IMG/VR virus record: IMGVR_UViG_3300010158_000027
Location: 1-64,000 of that record
Strand: one strand, 5' to 3'
DNA length: 64,000 nucleotides
Under the pieces are notes generated by a model. It did not search any database. It was not told the origin of the DNA and saw only the letters and a list, made by a program, of their open reading frames with translations. Within the stretch, counting starts at the first letter, position 1, and each line of letters opens with the position of its first letter. Position numbers and translations under genes: made by a program. Of the stretch, positions 27,907-39,023 are shown one piece after another.

Positions 27907-30447
27907 ATGGGAGATTTTAAATATTCGGGTGGTGTTGAGATTGTAGGGTTTATATCCCCTACCGATTCTACCGATTTATATCCAGTTATTGACCCTTTAT
28001 ATGGTATTGATGGATTTAGAAACGTTGATACTATATCCGATTTAAATAATATACCAAATCTTAGAAGACGATCAGGAATGGTTGTCGGGGTAAGTGGTGG
28101 TACAACTTATTATAAATTAAATTCAAGTCCGTGGGTTGGGGACATAACCGATTGGAGTGACTTTTTTGGTTCTTTCACTGGTAGTTCGGGAACTAGCGGT
28201 GTGAATGGGACTTCTGGCACTAGCGGAATCGATGGAACTTCTGGAGTTAATGGTACTTCTGGTACTAGCGGAATATCAGGGACTAGTGGTGTTAGCGGTA
28301 CTAGCGGTATCGATGGGACATCTGGAATGGACGGCACTTCTGGGGTTAACGGAACTTCGGGAATAGACGGAACGTCAGGTATTTCTGGAACTAGCGGAAT
28401 TGATGGTACATCAGGTACTAGCGGAATTGATGGTACATCAGGCATTAATGGAACAAGTGGAATTAATGGTACTAGTGGGTTATCAGGAACATCCGGAACA
28501 TCAGGTATCGATGGATTAAACGGTACGTCTGGAATAAATGGTACTTCAGGTACTAGTGGAACGTCAGGTATTAACGGTACATCAGGTACTAGTGGTATTA
28601 ATGGGTTAAATGGTACATCAGGAACTAGCGGAGTTAATGGATTAAATGGGACATCTGGAACCAGCGGTATTAATGGTACTAGCGGAACATCAGGGGTTAA
28701 TGGATTAAATGGGACATCTGGAACTTCGGGAATAAACGGAACATCTGGTATCAACGGAACATCTGGGACTTCAGGTTTAAATGGTACATCCGGAACTAGT
28801 GGAACATCTGGAATATCAGGTACAAGTGGAATAAATGGTACATCAGGTATTGACGGAACGTCTGGCGTTAATGGTACTTCTGGAACTAGTGGAATATCAG
28901 GAACTAGTGGAATATCAGGAACTAGTGGTGTTAGTGGAACTAGCGGAACGTCTGGGGTTAACGGTACAAGTGGAACATCAGGATTATCTGGCAGTTCAGG
29001 TACTAGTGGTGTAGATGGTACTTCTGGTGTTAGTGGGACAAGCGGAACGAGTGGAATAGATGGTACATCGGGAATAAATGGTAGTTCGGGAACTAGCGGT
29101 ATAAACGGCACATCAGGCATAGATGGATCCAGTGGGACAAGCGGTATTGGCGGAACGTCAGGTACTAGCGGATTAGATGGTTCATCGGGCACATCAGGAA
29201 TTAACGGTACTAGTGGAATCAATGGTACGTCTGGTATTGATGGTACATCAGGTATAGACGGGACTAATGGGACAAGTGGCGTTAGTGGTAGTTCAGGTAC
29301 TAGCGGTGTTGACGGATCATCGGGTACAAGTGGTGTAGATGGTACATCAGGTATTAACGGTTCTAATGGGACTAGCGGTACTTCAGGCACTAGCGGTATA
29401 AATGGAACTTCTGGAACAAGCGGAATTAATGGTACGTCCGGCATATCAGGAACAAGTGGCGTGGATGGGACATCAGGAATTAACGGCACTAGCGGAATTG
29501 ATGGTACATCTGGGATTGATGGGTCATCAGGTACCAGTGGGGTTAATGGTACAAGCGGCGTTAGTGGTAGTTCAGGTACTAGCGGTATTGATGGGACATC
29601 AGGTACTAGTGGGGTAAATGGGTCTTCCGGTACGTCAGGAATAAGCGGAACATCGGGAATTGATGGGACGTCTGGAGTAAATGGAACCAACGGAACTTCA
29701 GGTATCAACGGTACAAGTGGAATTAATGGAACATCAGGTGTGGATGGATCTTCAGGTACTAGCGGAACATCAGGTACTAGTGGTATAGATGGTACATCTG
29801 GAATTAACGGCACTAGTGGTATAGATGGTACATCAGGATTAAACGGAACTTCTGGAACTAGCGGAATAGATGGAACTTCTGGAACTAGCGGAATAGATGG
29901 AACTTCTGGAACTAGCGGAATAGATGGAACTTCTGGAACTAGCGGCACAAGTGGACTTGATGGGGTATTTACGGGAGGAACAATAAGTGCATCGACAATA
30001 TTCTTAAGTGGACTAACAGCAAATACGATTTCCGCGACTACATATTACAACCTACCAATAAAGATTAATATTGATTTTGGATTCGATGCGACGTACTCAA
30101 CAACAAGTAATACTTTCGCTCAAATACCATTAAACGTTGTTATACAAAGTGCTAGCACTTATAACGACACATACACAGGTATAAACGCAACTTTAATTTG
30201 TGATGTTAGCCAATCCGACGCTGGAATCGCTGGGGAGTTTGAATTATATGATTTAACAAATTCAACATCAATTGCGACATCAACAACATCATTTATCGAT
30301 ACGGACGATTTAAAAATGTCATCACTCTTTTCAATATTAGATTCAAATTTTGATGATTCCTTTAGAATAAGGGTAAGAAGAACGGGGGGTACCGGTTCTG
30401 ATAATGTTAGAATTAGATCAGCACAATTACTTTTAACTTTAATATAA
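27907..30447 (+). CDS. Collagen-like (Gly-X-Y, proline-free) fibre protein
   Basis: About 200 [12 protein letters not shown] triplets between globular ends. Confidence 0.85.
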   Translation: MGDFKYSGGVEIVGFISPTDSTDLYPVIDPLYGIDGFRNVDTISDLNNIPNLRRRSGMVVGVSGGTTYYKLNSSPWVGDITDWSDFFGSFTGSSGTSGVNGTSGTSGIDGTSGVNGTSGTSGISGTSGVSGTSGIDGTSGMDGTSGVNGTSGIDGTSGISGTSGIDGTSGTSGIDGTSGINGTSGINGTSGLSGTSGTSGIDGLNGTSGINGTSGTSGTSGINGTSGTSGINGLNGTSGTSGVNGLNGTSGTSGINGTSGTSGVNGLNGTSGTSGINGTSGINGTSGTSGLNGTSGTSGTSGISGTSGINGTSGIDGTSGVNGTSGTSGISGTSGISGTSGVSGTSGTSGVNGTSGTSGLSGSSGTSGVDGTSGVSGTSGTSGIDGTSGINGSSGTSGINGTSGIDGSSGTSGIGGTSGTSGLDGSSGTSGINGTSGINGTSGIDGTSGIDGTNGTSGVSGSSGTSGVDGSSGTSGVDGTSGINGSNGTSGTSGTSGINGTSGTSGINGTSGISGTSGVDGTSGINGTSGIDGTSGIDGSSGTSGVNGTSGVSGSSGTSGIDGTSGTSGVNGSSGTSGISGTSGIDGTSGVNGTNGTSGINGTSGINGTSGVDGSSGTSGTSGTSGIDGTSGINGTSGIDGTSGLNGTSGTSGIDGTSGTSGIDGTSGTSGIDGTSGTSGTSGLDGVFTGGTISASTIFLSGLTANTISATTYYNLPIKINIDFGFDATYSTTSNTFAQIPLNVVIQSASTYNDTYTGINATLICDVSQSDAGIAGEFELYDLTNSTSIATSTTSFIDTDDLKMSSLFSILDSNFDDSFRIRVRRTGGTGSDNVRIRSAQLLLTLI

Positions 30448-30448
30448 T

Positions 30449-33400
30449 ATGGAAATAAAAATTTACGGTGAAGATTCACCATTAAGTGGGGGAACAAGAT
30501 ATGTAACAGCCATAAGTGCCGAAACGGGGTTTTTTGATTCTTTTACCATCACCGACATTCAATCGGGATCGTCAGTTGCTAGTTTATTTATAACGGAATC
30601 GGGATCCGTTATATCGGGAGAAACTAATAATTTTACGGGAGACACGTATTGGACATCAGGAACTACAGGAACTACATCAATTAAAGCAATTAATAGTACG
30701 GGGTTAGACTCTACGGGTAATCGGTCAGTGGCTTGGGGTAATCAAACTTTAGCTCTGGGGGATGATTCTACAGCTTGGGGTTATCTTACAACTGCCGGAT
30801 GGAAAGGATTTACAGTATCATCGGTAGTTGCCGGTTTAATTACCATATCAGATAACGTAGATTATTCTACTGAATTTACAAGTGGAACCGTACTGTTAGA
30901 CAGTACTCAATACACATATAACACAGTTACATTTAGTTCTCCAAATTTTACGATTCAATTAAACGATACTACCGTTAATACTGGAACATATGTATCCGAT
31001 TTATCAAATTTAAATAGTCCGTTAGCCACAGTTACTGTAGGTAATGGTGCTCACTCCGCTGGGGACAGTACTAAATCGTTAGGTAATTACTCCCACGCAG
31101 AAGGTCAAAATACTTTAGCCTCAGGAGATTATTCACACGCAGAAGGATATTATGCAATATCATCTGGCGATTATTCTCACGCAGAAGGTTCTGGTACAAT
31201 AGCATCTGGTAGTTATTCACACGCCGAAGGTGACAATACCGTAGCTATTGGAAATAATTCTCACGCAGAAGGTACTAGTACAACAGCATCTGGAAAATCA
31301 TCACATGCTGAAGGTAATACCACAACAGCAGTTGCGGATTATTCACACGCAGAAGGTGGTAATACAACAGCATCTGGTGTCTATTCTCATGCAGAAGGTA
31401 ATAATACTACCGCATCTGGAATTAGTTCACACGCAGAAGGTGACAGTACAACGGCATCCGGTGATTATTCTCACGCAGAAGGTAATAATACTACCGCATC
31501 TGGAATTGGTTCACACGCAGAAGGTGCTAGTACAATATCTTCCGGTGATTTTTCCCACACAGAAGGATTTCAAACCAAAACCGGTGGTAACAACGGATAT
31601 TTAGCAATATCAGTATCGGCTGGGTTAGTTACTTTAGATGCGTCATATGGAGACGTATCCGCAGATTACCCTACAGGAAATTATTTATATCTTAATGATT
31701 ACGCATATAATAATAGTTACACGACAGTTGCATTAATAATCGACTCAACATCGTTTAATGGAACCGAAACTGAAATTCTATTAATAGACACTAGCATAAC
31801 AACTACAACCGCGGTTGTTGGAAACATAAACCTAAACCCTGCTAACTGGACCGGTGACCAGGTATATGGTGCACCAAATTCACACGCAGAAGGTGATAAT
31901 ACATTAGCATCTGGATATGCGTCACACGCAGAAGGTGTATCTGCAATTGCCGCTGGTGGTAATTCACATGCTGAAGGAAACTTCGCAATCGCGATTGGTG
32001 GTTATTCACACGCAGAAGGTACCAATACTAAATCAACCGGAGATGGTTCTCATGCAGAGGGTATTACCACTCAATCATCGGGTCTGTATTCACACGCAGA
32101 AGGCCAAGATACACTCACAATTGGACAATATTCTCACGCTGAAGGTAATTTAACGACGGCCGGGTGGCGAGCATTTACTGTAACATCAGTAGTGGCAGGT
32201 TTAATTACTATATCAGATAACGTAGATTATACAGCAGCATTTACTAGCGGTGAAGTACTATTAGATACTCGAGTGTATACATATAATACCATTGCATTTA
32301 CTTCCCCAGATTTCACAATTCAATTAGATGATACTACAGTTAATTCTGGAACATATGTAGCTGATTTCTCAAATTTAAATAGTCCATTAGCTAGTTATAT
32401 TGCTGGAACTGGTGCTCATTCAACAGGTAATGGTACTAAAGCATTAGGTGATTTTTCCGAAACGGGTGGTGATATTACGTTAGCGTCTGGTTATGGGTCA
32501 CATGCAGAAGGGTCTTCGACTCAAGCCACAGGAGATGCTTCCCATTCAGAAGGTGTTAATACACGAGCAGAAGGTCCACATGCACACTCCGAAGGTTATC
32601 TTACAAGAGCATCTGGTGATGCGGCACACGCAGAAGGTAAAACATCTATAGCTCATGGTTACTATTCTCACGCCGAAGGCCAACAAACAACAGCATATGG
32701 TCAATCTTCTCATGCAGAAGGCAACAGTACAACGGCATCTGGATCATATTCGCATGCTGAAGGTGCCGGTACTGAAACTAGAGGTAATGCCGCACACGCT
32801 GAAGGGTCTTCGACTATTGCAATTGGTGATTATTCACACACAGAAGGTAATACTACTCAATCAGGTTGGAGAGGGTTCGGCGTATCATCAGTAGTCGCTG
32901 GATTAATCACTATTAATGATGATATAGATTATTCAGCCGAATTCCCTGGTAGTGATGTATTATTAGATAATATAATTTATTCTTATAACTCAATTTCGTT
33001 TAGTTCTCCTAGTTTTACTATACAATTAGATGACATTACAATTAATACAGGAACGTATGTAGCTGATTTAACTAATTTAACTAGTACCGCATATCTAGCA
33101 ACCACACTTGGTGCTTATTCCCATGCAGAAGGTGAAAATACATTGGCATCTGGTCCGGCATCACACGCAGAAGGTGAAAGTACATCAGCTACTAGTGATT
33201 ATTCCCACGCAGAAGGTTTTAATACTTTAGCATCTGGTAGTTACTCTCACGCTGAAGGTGGTGGCACAACGGCATCCGGAGAGTATTCTCACGCTGAAGG
33301 TGGTGGCACAACGGCATCTGGTGGTGCATCACACGCAGAAGGTCAAGCAACTCAAGCATCTGGTCAATCATCTCACGCAGAAGGTGAAAGTACAACGGCA

Positions 33401-36400
33401 TCTGGCGATTATTCGCACGCAGAAGGTGCTGGTACCGTAGCATCTGGATATGCGGCACACGCAGAAGGTGATGGAACAATATCATCTGGTAACTATTCCC
33501 ACTCAGAAGGTGATGGAACAATATCATCTGGTAACTATTCCCACGCAGAAGGTACGTCAACGATTGCTGGATGGCGAGCATTTACTGTAACATCAGTAGT
33601 GTCTGGTTTAATAACTATATCAGATAACGTAGATTACTCTTCTGTATTTAATAGTAATATTGTTATATTAGATAACAATGAATACGGATATAACACAATT
33701 GCGTTCAGTTCACCAAATTTTACAATTCAATTAAATGATACTAACGTCAATACTGGAACATATGTTGCCGATTTCTTAAATTTAAATAGTCCATTAGCGA
33801 CCACCACCTTAGGGAATGGTACCCACTCCGCCGGGGATGGTACTAAAGCATTTGGTAATTATTCACACGCAGAAGGAACGGGAACGGTATCATATGGGGT
33901 ATCATCACACTCCGAAGGTTACGGATCATACACTTATGGGGATTATAGTCACTCAGAAGGTTATGCATCATCAACATATGGAAATCAGAGCCACGCTGAA
34001 GGTGGATCGACAGCAACATTTGGAAATTACAGCCACGCTGAAGGTTATGGTACGCAATCAGGTTGGAGAGCGTTTCCAGTATCCTCAGTAGTTGCTGGGT
34101 TAATAACCATATCGAATAATGTTGATTACACTTCTCAATTTACTTTGGGTGGGGGTAAAGTCATATTAGACAATAATTTATACACTTATAATACAATTTC
34201 ATACTCAGCGCCAAACTTTACAATACAATTAGATAACATCACGGTTAGTACTGGTAGTTATGTTGCGGATTATACTAATTTAAGTAGCTCGTGGGCGACA
34301 ATAGTCTTAGGTACTGCTTCTCACTCTGAAGGAACTGGAAATATATCGACGGGTGATTATAGTCACGCCGAAGGACAAGGAACGACTTCTATCGGTCAAA
34401 GTTCGCATTCTGAAGGGTTTTTAACAAAATCAATTGGAATTGCATCTCACTCTGAAGGTTATAGTACGACATCTATTGGTTCGTATTCCCATTCTGCTGG
34501 TTATAACGCAATCGCCAGCGGTAATACATCATTTATCCATTCAACTAATTCAGTTGTTGGTGGAGATAGAAGTGTGGTGTTAGGTGGACAAAACATTACA
34601 GGATTAACAAACGATACGGTTTATGTTCCTTATTTTAATTTAAATTATACCCCAATATTCAGTAATTCAAATACGGAAATTTTAAGTAGAAATTCATCAA
34701 ATGGTGATGTCGAATATACGCCACTAAGCGCATTTACAAGTCTTGATACGTATGTCACTGGATATACATATTCACCAACCACAAATACATTCACTATTAA
34801 ACAAAATCAAGGACAACCTAACATATCGGCATCGTTTGATAGTGTATCTGGTTTGACAGTTAACGGTTTATTGGAAGCAAATTCAATGTCGGCTAACACT
34901 TTTAGTGCCACAAGTATAGATAAAGTAGATTATATCATATTCAATACTGGAACAACAAGTGCAGCAACTGTTGCTGGTATGGTTTATTTTGATAATACAG
35001 AAAAATCGTTATCATATAATACATCAATTAATCAAGGAGTTACCGTTAACTTAGGACAACAAAACTATATTAGAGTGTTTAATAATAGTGGTGTTGATAT
35101 TCAAAGAGGTAAAGCTTTGGAGGTTTTATCTGCTTATAGTGGGTTACCATCAGTAACTCTCGCAGTTAATAAACATACGGGTTTTAATATTATTGGTGTT
35201 TCATCTGAAATCATACCTAACAACACCGAAGGTATTGCTATCACAAACGGAATTATTTCAGATATTCAATTAACCGGTATAACGGTTGGTTCTTTAGTTT
35301 ACGCATCAGATACCGTACCAGGTAAATTAGATGATGTTACAAATTATCTAAACTTCCCTCTTACGGCAAGAACAAATAGTGTTGGTTATGTGGTTCAAAC
35401 TGGAATCACAACTGGTAAATTATTCGTTAATATTAACAATGAGAATTCAGTATTATCTTTAACCGATTTAGAACGAAATGTATTGGAAGGAAATACATTA
35501 TCAACCGGTTTATTTGGGTTTACTGGGATGACAACTGGATCAACAACAACTTTTAATGTTGCTCCGTTGAAAGGTTGGTTGATTAAAAATACATATGAAT
35601 ATGCTACATTACCAGATGTTCAGAGTGTTAATTATACTGGTGGTACAAACATATCAGTCACTAATATTGCTTCAGCAGATTCAACATTTATTTTAATCAA
35701 TAGTGCTATAACTATTACACAACAAACAACATTTCCAACACCACAACAGAGAAGAGAAAATATCTATCTGGGTAAGATTAATCACCCAAATAGAACGAGT
35801 ATATTAAATATAAACAATACAGCTGATTATGATGTATCACCAATGTCATCTTTGCGTGATTTATGGTCACCTATAAGATTGATAAATCAAGGAATCGTAC
35901 CTTCACCAAATGGTGCTAATCTAAGTTTTAACACATCGGCCGGTATACTGTGGGGTAATGGTATTAATTGGCATAATAATCAATTAAGTCCTAATAATGT
36001 TAGTATTGCAGCAAAAGTTCCAGTATCGTTTAATTATAGAACACAAACTGGTGGAACTTCCACTAGTGTCACAGTTATTGACCCTCGTAATTATGATGTT
36101 GGTGGTGTAATAACTAGTATTGGTAATGCTGGTCTTGATGATGCAACTAATCAACGAATATATATGTACCCTACTGGTGTTATTAATGTTCTTTATGGTC
36201 AAACAGTATATACCAATTTAACTGCCGCTGTTGCTGCTGTACAGTCAGAGTCATTTATACCTTACCCTAATGCTGATAGCAGTGGTATACTTATTGGTGT
36301 ACTTTCGGTTAGAAATGATATTGGTACTGATGGACAATCATTAACCAATACGAGTTATGCTAAATTCACTTTTGTTTCTAAGTTTGGTGAAAGTTTTGGT

Positions 36401-38692
36401 GGAACTGGTGGTTTGTCAACAACAACACTTCAACAAGCGTATGATAATTCAACAACCCCAGAAATAACTACCAACGCAACGTTAGGTGGTTTATCGATAA
36501 AAAATGGTACTGGAAATGCCGATAACGTAACAAATTTAATAGAAGGTTTAAATGCCGCTGGTAACACAACATCATTTATTAGAGCTGATGGTGATATTTC
36601 TGGTACAACAATACAAACAAATGGTTTTACAGCAAATACTGGTGGAATGACAGCCACAACAGTTTCTGCCACAACAATTAATACTAATGGTGTTACCGCA
36701 ACAACAATTAATACAGGGGGGTTTAGTGCTAACGGAAATGGTTTAACCGCAACAACAATATCAGCAACAACATTACAAACGGGTGGGTTTTCCGCTAACA
36801 CTACAGGACTATCAGCATCAACTGTTAATATAAGAACAATCGGTAGTGGGTCCTCAGTTACCAACTTAGGTGTCGATTCTTCGGGTAATGTTGTCAGTGG
36901 TAGTACCCCTTCAATACCACAAGCTAATAAAATTTATGTTGATTCAATTAATGGGACTAATTCAACAGGTCAAGGAAATATTAACGCACCATACTTAACA
37001 GTAGAATACGCATTATCAGACATAACTAATACGGGAACGGTTACCGCAACCACTGCGAATGGTAGTGCGACATTAACATCCGTAAGTTCTACGGCTAATA
37101 TTGTTATAGGACAATTTATTACTGGTACTGGCATCCCATATAATTCAGTGGTTGTTAGTAAGACACCCAACACAATTGTATTAAGTCAATTATGTACAGC
37201 ATCAGCCACTATTACTGCAACTTGGTGGACTATTTATGAACTTATTCTGAACGGTAATTTTGTATGGGTTTCTAATTGGTTTAAACAAGGTTTTTTTATA
37301 AATGCTCAAACTTCAACTATATCATTCTCAGGAGTATTGTTATCACCAACTAGTCCTGTAGTACCAATAGTATTTAAAGGTGGTTTTTTATACGGAACAT
37401 CCGCATCAAGTAAATTTTTATCTATAAATGGGAGTTCAGTTGTAAAAGTATTTTTAAATCCAACAACTTATTCGAGTAGTGGTACTGGATATCAAATAGA
37501 TTGTAATCAAAATGGTAGTTCAAAATTTGATTCATTATATTTATTATGTGATAGTTTCTTAGCGAATTTTGGGTCAATTGCGGATATTGAAAGTGGTGGA
37601 GTATCTACCATAAAGGGTAATTATTATGGACTTTTGAGTGGTATTAGACTAAGATTCGCTACTATATTTTTTGATGGTGATTTAATTTGTCCAACTTCGG
37701 TTGCAGCATTTACGTCCGTAACTAGCGGTTATTTATTCACTAACGGTAGAATAACGGGAAATCTTTCAATACAAAGTAGTGGTGGTGTAGTTAATAGTAC
37801 CGTTACGGGTACTGCTCACTCATTGGGTTCAATTAGTACGGATTTGTTACAAACATTTAATGGTAAAATATTAGGAACTGTATCTGTACAAGGAATTTGC
37901 ACATTTAATGGAGTTGTTTATGGTAATATAACGGTGGTTGGTGGAACATCAATTTTTTTGGGTGTTTCAACTACAGTTGCAACTGTTACAACTAGCATAT
38001 CTGTTTCTAACGCAAAAGTGATAGCAACGGGTATGGCATCGATAGTTTCAGGAATTAATGGTATTGGGAATATAACTCTAACAAATTCAGCAACTTTAGA
38101 TATATTAGATAATGTAATAGGGGTTTCATACACCACTTATTCATCTGTACCCTTTATTTCTGTGGACGCAACATCAACATTAAATTTATATAAAACTAAT
38201 TTTGGAAACATATCTAGTTGTGCGGGAACGATTAACGTGTATGGTATATTTTCACATATTAATAAATCCGCAGACATAACGGGGTCATTAAACAATAAAG
38301 GTGGGACAATACAATTATTAAGATCTACCACAGAATCTGCAACTAGCACACCAACATTATTAATCTCTGGAGGTACATACCAACAAAACGGTGGTAAATT
38401 GTTATGTGCGGTATCAGATTCTAAATCGGGATTATTAAGAAAAACGGCAACGGGAGGTAAAATACAATTAATTAATCAGGCATATTTAAAGGTCGCAAAT
38501 GGGTTAGCTCCAATACAAATAATATCAAATACGGGGACAGCTCAAGATGTTGAAGTTTATTCGGTAATCGATAATTGTGCGGTTGGATTTAGAATTTCAA
38601 ACACATTTACCGATACAACATATGGAACAGCATATTCTCCAAATATTTTAGTGGGGGGTACGATGTTAGAAGATACAACTTATTTATTATAA
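30449..38692 (+). CDS. Giant adhesin/tail fibre with YadA-head-like 14-aa SHAEG repeats and a beta-helical C-terminus
   Basis: About 50 SHAEG-type repeats in six blocks; Gly/Ser/Thr-rich beta-strand C-terminal half. Confidence 0.8.
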   Translation: MEIKIYGEDSPLSGGTRYVTAISAETGFFDSFTITDIQSGSSVASLFITESGSVISGETNNFTGDTYWTSGTTGTTSIKAINSTGLDSTGNRSVAWGNQTLALGDDSTAWGYLTTAGWKGFTVSSVVAGLITISDNVDYSTEFTSGTVLLDSTQYTYNTVTFSSPNFTIQLNDTTVNTGTYVSDLSNLNSPLATVTVGNGAHSAGDSTKSLGNYSHAEGQNTLASGDYSHAEGYYAISSGDYSHAEGSGTIASGSYSHAEGDNTVAIGNNSHAEGTSTTASGKSSHAEGNTTTAVADYSHAEGGNTTASGVYSHAEGNNTTASGISSHAEGDSTTASGDYSHAEGNNTTASGIGSHAEGASTISSGDFSHTEGFQTKTGGNNGYLAISVSAGLVTLDASYGDVSADYPTGNYLYLNDYAYNNSYTTVALIIDSTSFNGTETEILLIDTSITTTTAVVGNINLNPANWTGDQVYGAPNSHAEGDNTLASGYASHAEGVSAIAAGGNSHAEGNFAIAIGGYSHAEGTNTKSTGDGSHAEGITTQSSGLYSHAEGQDTLTIGQYSHAEGNLTTAGWRAFTVTSVVAGLITISDNVDYTAAFTSGEVLLDTRVYTYNTIAFTSPDFTIQLDDTTVNSGTYVADFSNLNSPLASYIAGTGAHSTGNGTKALGDFSETGGDITLASGYGSHAEGSSTQATGDASHSEGVNTRAEGPHAHSEGYLTRASGDAAHAEGKTSIAHGYYSHAEGQQTTAYGQSSHAEGNSTTASGSYSHAEGAGTETRGNAAHAEGSSTIAIGDYSHTEGNTTQSGWRGFGVSSVVAGLITINDDIDYSAEFPGSDVLLDNIIYSYNSISFSSPSFTIQLDDITINTGTYVADLTNLTSTAYLATTLGAYSHAEGENTLASGPASHAEGESTSATSDYSHAEGFNTLASGSYSHAEGGGTTASGEYSHAEGGGTTASGGASHAEGQATQASGQSSHAEGESTTASGDYSHAEGAGTVASGYAAHAEGDGTISSGNYSHSEGDGTISSGNYSHAEGTSTIAGWRAFTVTSVVSGLITISDNVDYSSVFNSNIVILDNNEYGYNTIAFSSPNFTIQLNDTNVNTGTYVADFLNLNSPLATTTLGNGTHSAGDGTKAFGNYSHAEGTGTVSYGVSSHSEGYGSYTYGDYSHSEGYASSTYGNQSHAEGGSTATFGNYSHAEGYGTQSGWRAFPVSSVVAGLITISNNVDYTSQFTLGGGKVILDNNLYTYNTISYSAPNFTIQLDNITVSTGSYVADYTNLSSSWATIVLGTASHSEGTGNISTGDYSHAEGQGTTSIGQSSHSEGFLTKSIGIASHSEGYSTTSIGSYSHSAGYNAIASGNTSFIHSTNSVVGGDRSVVLGGQNITGLTNDTVYVPYFNLNYTPIFSNSNTEILSRNSSNGDVEYTPLSAFTSLDTYVTGYTYSPTTNTFTIKQNQGQPNISASFDSVSGLTVNGLLEANSMSANTFSATSIDKVDYIIFNTGTTSAATVAGMVYFDNTEKSLSYNTSINQGVTVNLGQQNYIRVFNNSGVDIQRGKALEVLSAYSGLPSVTLAVNKHTGFNIIGVSSEIIPNNTEGIAITNGIISDIQLTGITVGSLVYASDTVPGKLDDVTNYLNFPLTARTNSVGYVVQTGITTGKLFVNINNENSVLSLTDLERNVLEGNTLSTGLFGFTGMTTGSTTTFNVAPLKGWLIKNTYEYATLPDVQSVNYTGGTNISVTNIASADSTFILINSAITITQQTTFPTPQQRRENIYLGKINHPNRTSILNINNTADYDVSPMSSLRDLWSPIRLINQGIVPSPNGANLSFNTSAGILWGNGINWHNNQLSPNNVSIAAKVPVSFNYRTQTGGTSTSVTVIDPRNYDVGGVITSIGNAGLDDATNQRIYMYPTGVINVLYGQTVYTNLTAAVAAVQSESFIPYPNADSSGILIGVLSVRNDIGTDGQSLTNTSYAKFTFVSKFGESFGGTGGLSTTTLQQAYDNSTTPEITTNATLGGLSIKNGTGNADNVTNLIEGLNAAGNTTSFIRADGDISGTTIQTNGFTANTGGMTATTVSATTINTNGVTATTINTGGFSANGNGLTATTISATTLQTGGFSANTTGLSASTVNIRTIGSGSSVTNLGVDSSGNVVSGSTPSIPQANKIYVDSINGTNSTGQGNINAPYLTVEYALSDITNTGTVTATTANGSATLTSVSSTANIVIGQFITGTGIPYNSVVVSKTPNTIVLSQLCTASATITATWWTIYELILNGNFVWVSNWFKQGFFINAQTSTISFSGVLLSPTSPVVPIVFKGGFLYGTSASSKFLSINGSSVVKVFLNPTTYSSSGTGYQIDCNQNGSSKFDSLYLLCDSFLANFGSIADIESGGVSTIKGNYYGLLSGIRLRFATIFFDGDLICPTSVAAFTSVTSGYLFTNGRITGNLSIQSSGGVVNSTVTGTAHSLGSISTDLLQTFNGKILGTVSVQGICTFNGVVYGNITVVGGTSIFLGVSTTVATVTTSISVSNAKVIATGMASIVSGINGIGNITLTNSATLDILDNVIGVSYTTYSSVPFISVDATSTLNLYKTNFGNISSCAGTINVYGIFSHINKSADITGSLNNKGGTIQLLRSTTESATSTPTLLISGGTYQQNGGKLLCAVSDSKSGLLRKTATGGKIQLINQAYLKVANGLAPIQIISNTGTAQDVEVYSVIDNCAVGFRISNTFTDTTYGTAYSPNILVGGTMLEDTTYLL

Positions 38693-38696
38693 AATT

Positions 38697-39020
38697 ATGG
38701 AAAATGTTAAACAAATAATATATAGACATTCAGATCAAGCTCTGATGATTATACCAGAAAACAATGAAATTGAGGTTACACCAAGATTTATATTTGAATT
38801 AACTAAAGAACAACAAATTTCATTCTTGGAACTTGAGATATTTTGTTTAACCCAAAAAAACCCATTGGTATATGTAGTATATACCTCTGATGTAAATAGA
38901 TTAGATATACAAGGCGATAATGATGAGGTAACATGTTTACTTGTTTCTGAAATGAGTTCTGAAGATAGACTAATAGTTGATCAAGTAAAAATAATATGTA
39001 CAGAATTAATAAATAATTAG
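38697..39020 (+). CDS. Small acidic protein after fibre (assembly chaperone candidate)
   Basis: Position and size only. Confidence 0.6.
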   Translation: MENVKQIIYRHSDQALMIIPENNEIEVTPRFIFELTKEQQISFLELEIFCLTQKNPLVYVVYTSDVNRLDIQGDNDEVTCLLVSEMSSEDRLIVDQVKIICTELINN

Positions 39021-39023
39021 AAG

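Noticed and set aside
31248-34091. Alternative-frame plus-strand ORFs with HTQKV repeats
   Set aside because: Frame shadows of the SHAEG repeats.
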